Shown piece after piece: positions 59,910 to 64,000 of a stretch of DNA of 64,000 bases. The stretch comes from an uncultured virus (IMG/VR IMGVR_UViG_3300027741_000051). Taxonomy: Duplodnaviria > Heunggongvirae > Uroviricota > Caudoviricetes. The stretch is from IMG/VR virus record IMGVR_UViG_3300027741_000051, positions 1 to 64,000 of that record; one strand, given 5' to 3'. The notes beneath the pieces are model-generated. The model saw only the letters and a program-made list of their open reading frames with translations. It was not told where the DNA came from and made no database searches. The position numbers were made by a program, and so were the translations under genes. The first letter of the stretch is position 1. Every line of letters starts with the position of its first letter.

Positions 59910-61036
59910 CCACAACAATCAACGCCAGCAATACAGGTACAGGTGGTTTAATACAGACCGCAGATGCCTCAGGAGTCCTTGCATTCCAAACGGCAGGAAC
60001 AACTGCGGTCACCATAGATGCAAGCCGGAACACTACCTTTGCAGGCACAGCTACGGTAAATACTATTGGTTCAGCAGCAGCTACGGCACTAACAATAAAA
60101 AGCGCAGGAACGACTGCGGTCACCATCGACACGAGCCAGAACGTCACCTTGAATAGCACGGGTGCATTGACATTGCCCATCGGCACTACTGCACAGCAGC
60201 CCACAGCAGTGGCTGGCATGATTCGCTACAACTCCACAACGTCTTCATTTGAACTGTACAACGGCTCCTACTGGGGTTCAATTGTTACTACATACGCAGT
60301 TAGCTATTTAGTTGTGGCTGGCGGCGGGGGCGGTTATGGGCCAGCAGGTGGCGGAGCCGGGGCTGGTGGGTTGTTGTCGGGCAGTTCTTTGAGTCTTGCT
60401 TCGGGAACTGCATATGCCGTCACCATTGGCGCTGGTGGAACAGGAGATGGCACCTACACCGCAACAGCAGGCGGCAATTCAGTTCTTAGTTCTCTTACTG
60501 CAATTGGCGGAGGCACTGGTAACGGAATTGCTGGCGGTTCTGGAAGCGGCGGTGGCCCCGCTACCAGTGGTTACGCTGGCACAGCAGGGCAAGGTAATGC
60601 AGGTGGAACTGCCAGTGGCGGAAACGGGTGCAGCGGCGGTGGTGGCGCTGGCGCAGTAGGCGGTTCTAGTACCTCTAATTCTGGTGCAGGCGGCGCTGGC
60701 CTTGCTTCTTCAATTTCAGGTACTTCCACATATTACGCTGGTGGTGGTGGAGGTGGTGGTATCAACGGGGGAACCAACGGAGCAGGCGGCGCTGGCGGTG
60801 GTGGAGCCGGGGCTGTTTACAACGGCGCAAATGGAGTTGCTGGCACTACAAATCTTGGCGGTGGCGGCGGCGGCGGTGGTAATGCCGGAAGTAATGGAAG
60901 AATTGGTGGCAATGGCGGCTCCGGTATCGTAATCATCAGTTACTCCGGTTCACAACGCGGTTCTGGCGGTACAGTAACATCTTCTGGTGGAAACACAATC
61001 CACACGTTCACCTCCAGCGGCACATACACAGCATAA
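59906..61036 (+). CDS. glycine-rich adhesin/fibre protein
   Basis: Paralog of 55956-57503. Confidence 0.8.
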   Translation: MTTTINASNTGTGGLIQTADASGVLAFQTAGTTAVTIDASRNTTFAGTATVNTIGSAAATALTIKSAGTTAVTIDTSQNVTLNSTGALTLPIGTTAQQPTAVAGMIRYNSTTSSFELYNGSYWGSIVTTYAVSYLVVAGGGGGYGPAGGGAGAGGLLSGSSLSLASGTAYAVTIGAGGTGDGTYTATAGGNSVLSSLTAIGGGTGNGIAGGSGSGGGPATSGYAGTAGQGNAGGTASGGNGCSGGGGAGAVGGSSTSNSGAGGAGLASSISGTSTYYAGGGGGGGINGGTNGAGGAGGGGAGAVYNGANGVAGTTNLGGGGGGGGNAGSNGRIGGNGGSGIVIISYSGSQRGSGGTVTSSGGNTIHTFTSSGTYTA

Positions 61037-61044
61037 GGAAAAAA

Positions 61045-61467
61045 ATGTCTAGCATTATATCAGCAGATTCAGGATTAATAACAGGAGTACCAGGACTTAA
61101 AACAAGTGCCGATAGTACCGGCTCTTTGCAATTTCAAACAGGTAATAATGTAACTGTAGTTACTTTGACTTCCAATGGAGGTATTGCATTTGGTACGAGT
61201 AATACTGCATATGGTACTTCAGGACAAGTACTAATCAGTGGAGGAGATTCACCTCCAGCATGGACTACTTTTTCTCCATTACCTTCGCAAACAGGTTATG
61301 CGAATAATTTCTTAAAAACAAATGGAACTACTGCTAGCTGGAGCACATTACCTACTACTTTATACGTCCTAAATAGAGCAGGTTCCTCAATTAGTATACC
61401 TGTTGGTAACGGTTTATTGCCAATTTTGAATCGCTCAGGTTCTACAATTAACGTGCCAGTAAGTTAA
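61045..61467 (+). CDS. small fibre-associated protein
   Basis: ADSTGSLQFQT module; GTSGQVL and FLKTNGT..SW fibre motifs. Confidence 0.7.
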   Translation: MSSIISADSGLITGVPGLKTSADSTGSLQFQTGNNVTVVTLTSNGGIAFGTSNTAYGTSGQVLISGGDSPPAWTTFSPLPSQTGYANNFLKTNGTTASWSTLPTTLYVLNRAGSSISIPVGNGLLPILNRSGSTINVPVS

Positions 61468-61475
61468 GGAAAAAT

Positions 61476-61970
61476 ATGACAACTAGATACACATTGGTTC
61501 TTAACGGAACATCAATACAAGAACAACAAAATACTGACACCATTATTTTTACTGGTTCGTCAAGTCTGCCTTCTATTAAAACGTCAAGCATTGCTGAAGT
61601 TGATACGATTGCTGCGACTGCTGCTACAGGTACAGTTAACTATGATTTGGCTACTCAATCTGTAATGTATTATAGCACTAACGCATCCGGAAACTGGACA
61701 CTTAATTTTCGAGCTTCAAGTGGTAACAGTTTGGACTCTATGCTTGCAACTGGTGAAGTTGCTTCTGCTACTTTTCTAGTTACTCAAGGTTCTACAGCAT
61801 ATTATAATAGTGCCGTGACAATTGACGGTAATTCAGTAACACCTAAATGGCAAGGCGGTTCTGCGCCAACAAGTGGTAATGCAAGTTCTATTGACTGTTA
61901 TACATATGTTATTCAGAAAACTGGAAGTGCAACTTTTGTTGTGTTGGCTTCGTTGACAAAATTTGCATAA
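61476..61970 (+). CDS. virion structural protein (fibre region)
   Basis: KWQGGSAPT...IDCYTY motif. Confidence 0.7.
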   Translation: MTTRYTLVLNGTSIQEQQNTDTIIFTGSSSLPSIKTSSIAEVDTIAATAATGTVNYDLATQSVMYYSTNASGNWTLNFRASSGNSLDSMLATGEVASATFLVTQGSTAYYNSAVTIDGNSVTPKWQGGSAPTSGNASSIDCYTYVIQKTGSATFVVLASLTKFA

Positions 61971-61980
61971 AGGATAATTG

Positions 61981-64000
61981 ATGCCACGTTTATCGAAAAT
62001 TGGAGCGGCCGCACTTGCTGCCTTTGGGTGGACTGGACTGCAATCGGTTACCGTCAGTTATCTTGTAGTTGCTGGCGGGGGCGCGGGTGGTGGAGGCGTT
62101 GCTTCTCACGGCGGTAGCGGAGGGGGCGCGGGCGGTTATCGGACGGGAACAGCATCATTAAACCCATCACTGTCTTACACAGTCACAGTTGGCGCTGGAG
62201 GTGCTGGTGCAAATAGTACTGGTGCATCTGGTAGTGATTCCACATTTAACGCAACCACTTCGGCAGGAGGTGGGGGAGGAGTTACCGCTAGTAACGTAGG
62301 CGTTGCTGGTGGTTCTGGTAGTGGTGGTGGCCCTGATGGAACACCAGCCGCTGGCGGCGCTGGAAACACACCATCTACATCCCCAGTGCAAGGTTACGCT
62401 GGTGGACAAGGTATTACGGACAATGCTTCTTACAGTGCAACTGGTGGTGGCGGCGGTTCTTCGGCGGTCGGTGCTGCCGGTGTAAATGGGCAATCTGGTG
62501 CTGGTGGCGTAGGTACTGCAAATAGCATCTCAGGCACATCTACCTACTATGCTGGTGGCGGTGGAGGCGGTGCTACAACTCAATCAACTCGAGGCACAGG
62601 TGGTAATGGCGGTGGTGGCAATGGTGCATCCTCTGGTGCTGGTAGCTCCGGTACAGCAAACCTTGGTGGTGGTGGCGGTGGAGCATCAGTTAGTGGTACA
62701 ACGGGCGGCAACGGAGGCTCCGGTGTCGTAATCATCTCCTACGTTGGCGCACAGCAATTCGGTGGCGGAGTTGTCACAACTGATGGCACAAACACAATTC
62801 ACATATTTAACACATCAGGAACTCTGTTGCCTTTGTCTTCACTGACAGCACAATATCTTGTTGTTGGTGGTGGTGGCGGAGGCGCTTCAGGCGGCGGTGG
62901 TGCTGGAGGTTTTCGCACTGGTACTGGGGTCACGATTGATACCAACTCTAATTATGTAATCACCGTTGGCAGTGGAGGAAGTGGAGGAGTTGGTGGCAGC
63001 GGAACACCGGCATCAACTAATGGCGCTAATTCAGTTTTTTTAAATATTACTTCAGCTGGTGGCGGCAACGGCGCACGAATTGGAAATAGTGGAGAACTGT
63101 CCGGCGGATCTGGTGGATCTGGTGGCGGCGGTGGCGGATTTTCAAATTCTATAACAAATGGAGGATCAGGAAATACTCCAAGTACCAGCCCAAGTCAAGG
63201 TAATAATGGCGGCAGCAATGGAACTCAACTATCTTCTCCTTATCCCGCTGGTGGTGGCGGTGGCGCTAGTGCAGTTGGAGGAAATGGTTCTGGTGGTTCA
63301 ATTTCAGGTAATGGCGGTGCAGGCACGGCAAGCAGTATTAGTGGTTCAAGCGTTACCTATGCTGGCGGTGGCGGCGGCGGTAGTTATGGTAGTGGCACTG
63401 CGGGCACCGGCGGCGCCGGCGGTGGAGGCGCAGGAAGTGGCACAACAACCGGCACCAGTGGAACAGCCGGTACTGGCGGCGGCGGCGGTGGTTCTTATGT
63501 TTCAGGCACCGGCGGTAACGGCGGCTCTGGCGTAGTCATCATTTCTTACGCCGGCTCTACCCAGCAGATGGCTGGTGGCACAGTGACCATCTCTGGCGGC
63601 AATGTCATCCACACATTTACCTCCAGCGGATACCTAACGCCCATCAAGTACGCAAGCCGTTCACTGCGGTTCCGTAGCACCAACAATTCTTATTTGAACC
63701 GAACTCCCGCTAAAGCATCCAACCAAAAAACATGGACATGGAGCGGTTGGGTTAAGCGCGGAAATCTTGCTACAGGCGCGGCGCAATTTCTTTTTACAGC
63801 GCATAGCGGTTCTCCTTGGGGTGGTATTATTTTAGATTCAACAAATGCTATTCAAGTATCATTTAGCGCTGGAGTTTCCGGTGGAACTTACACTACTGCG
63901 CTTTATCGTGACCCATCTGCTTGGTATCACATAGTAGTTGCGGTTGACACCACGCAAGCAACAGCATCAAATCGTATTTTGATTTATGTTAATGGAGTTG
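61981..64000 (+). CDS. large adhesin: two glycine-rich domains then LamG/ConA-like lectin (runs off window)
   Basis: Hand translation MPRLSKIGAAALAAFGW...SYLVVAGGG...; later SLRFR...YLNRTP...TWTWSGWVKRG...RDPSAWYHIVVAVDTTQ; absent from ORF track because no stop is seen in the window. Confidence 0.85.
   Translation, partial: MPRLSKIGAAALAAFGWTGLQSVTVSYLVVAGGGAGGGGVASHGGSGGGAGGYRTGTASLNPSLSYTVTVGAGGAGANSTGASGSDSTFNATTSAGGGGGVTASNVGVAGGSGSGGGPDGTPAAGGAGNTPSTSPVQGYAGGQGITDNASYSATGGGGGSSAVGAAGVNGQSGAGGVGTANSISGTSTYYAGGGGGGATTQSTRGTGGNGGGGNGASSGAGSSGTANLGGGGGGASVSGTTGGNGGSGVVIISYVGAQQFGGGVVTTDGTNTIHIFNTSGTLLPLSSLTAQYLVVGGGGGGASGGGGAGGFRTGTGVTIDTNSNYVITVGSGGSGGVGGSGTPASTNGANSVFLNITSAGGGNGARIGNSGELSGGSGGSGGGGGGFSNSITNGGSGNTPSTSPSQGNNGGSNGTQLSSPYPAGGGGGASAVGGNGSGGSISGNGGAGTASSISGSSVTYAGGGGGGSYGSGTAGTGGAGGGGAGSGTTTGTSGTAGTGGGGGGSYVSGTGGNGGSGVVIISYAGSTQQMAGGTVTISGGNVIHTFTSSGYLTPIKYASRSLRFRSTNNSYLNRTPAKASNQKTWTWSGWVKRGNLATGAAQFLFTAHSGSPWGGIILDSTNAIQVSFSAGVSGGTYTTALYRDPSAWYHIVVAVDTTQATASNRILIYVNGV

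Noticed and set aside
57381..61036. Diversity-generating retroelement TR/VR pair
   Set aside because: Differences between the two copies are mostly synonymous and not adenine-specific; both are coding ends and no reverse transcriptase is in the window.
56927..63535. Pro-rich minus-strand and Val/Ala-rich alternate-frame ORFs in the adhesin region
   Set aside because: Frame shadows of poly-Gly codons; the real gene from 61981 is in another frame.
1..64000. Alternative genetic code or stop-codon reassignment
   Set aside because: Core genes translate full length with the standard code; the gp5 and VrlC splits involve intergenic gaps and new starts, not single in-frame stops.

Overview
A 64 kb slice of a large, AT-rich T4-like (Tevenvirinae-like, cyanophage/environmental-type gene order) myovirus genome, probably infecting a Gram-negative aquatic bacterium (inference from the phage-encoded outer-membrane beta-barrel, the lipoprotein and the ClpXP-type tmRNA tag). 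1-15.8 kb: small accessory/early ORFs, MoxR/CobS-like AAA+ ATPase, MazG-like, DenV-like, 2OG-Fe(II) oxygenase, PhoH, exonuclease, a displaced glycine-rich cassette, an ncRNA locus, OMP, cell wall hydrolase, gp33, gp59, HAD nucleotidase and gp32. 15.8-22.9 kb (minus strand): two paralogous tape-measure/hub-like proteins, gp51, gp26, gp54-like, gp2, gp4. 22.9-45.5 kb: baseplate (gp48, gp53, hub, split gp5, gp25, gp6, gp7, gp8, split VrlC/DUF4815-like protein). 45.5-64 kb: an array of fibre and adhesin genes built from Ala/Asn heptad stalks, shared docking modules and glycine-rich domains. The most striking element is at 11.2-11.7 kb: a circularly permuted (two-piece) tmRNA gene, with one tRNA-like fold upstream of it and another filling its intervening segment. 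Other notable items are a 60-bp gene-end duplication flanking the oxygenase, a GGGG-KIIC(T) membrane-anchored domain that splits the giant baseplate protein, and 18-bp junction repeats between tiny ORFs. All product calls come from motif recognition and synteny by eye; no database search or folding program was run.
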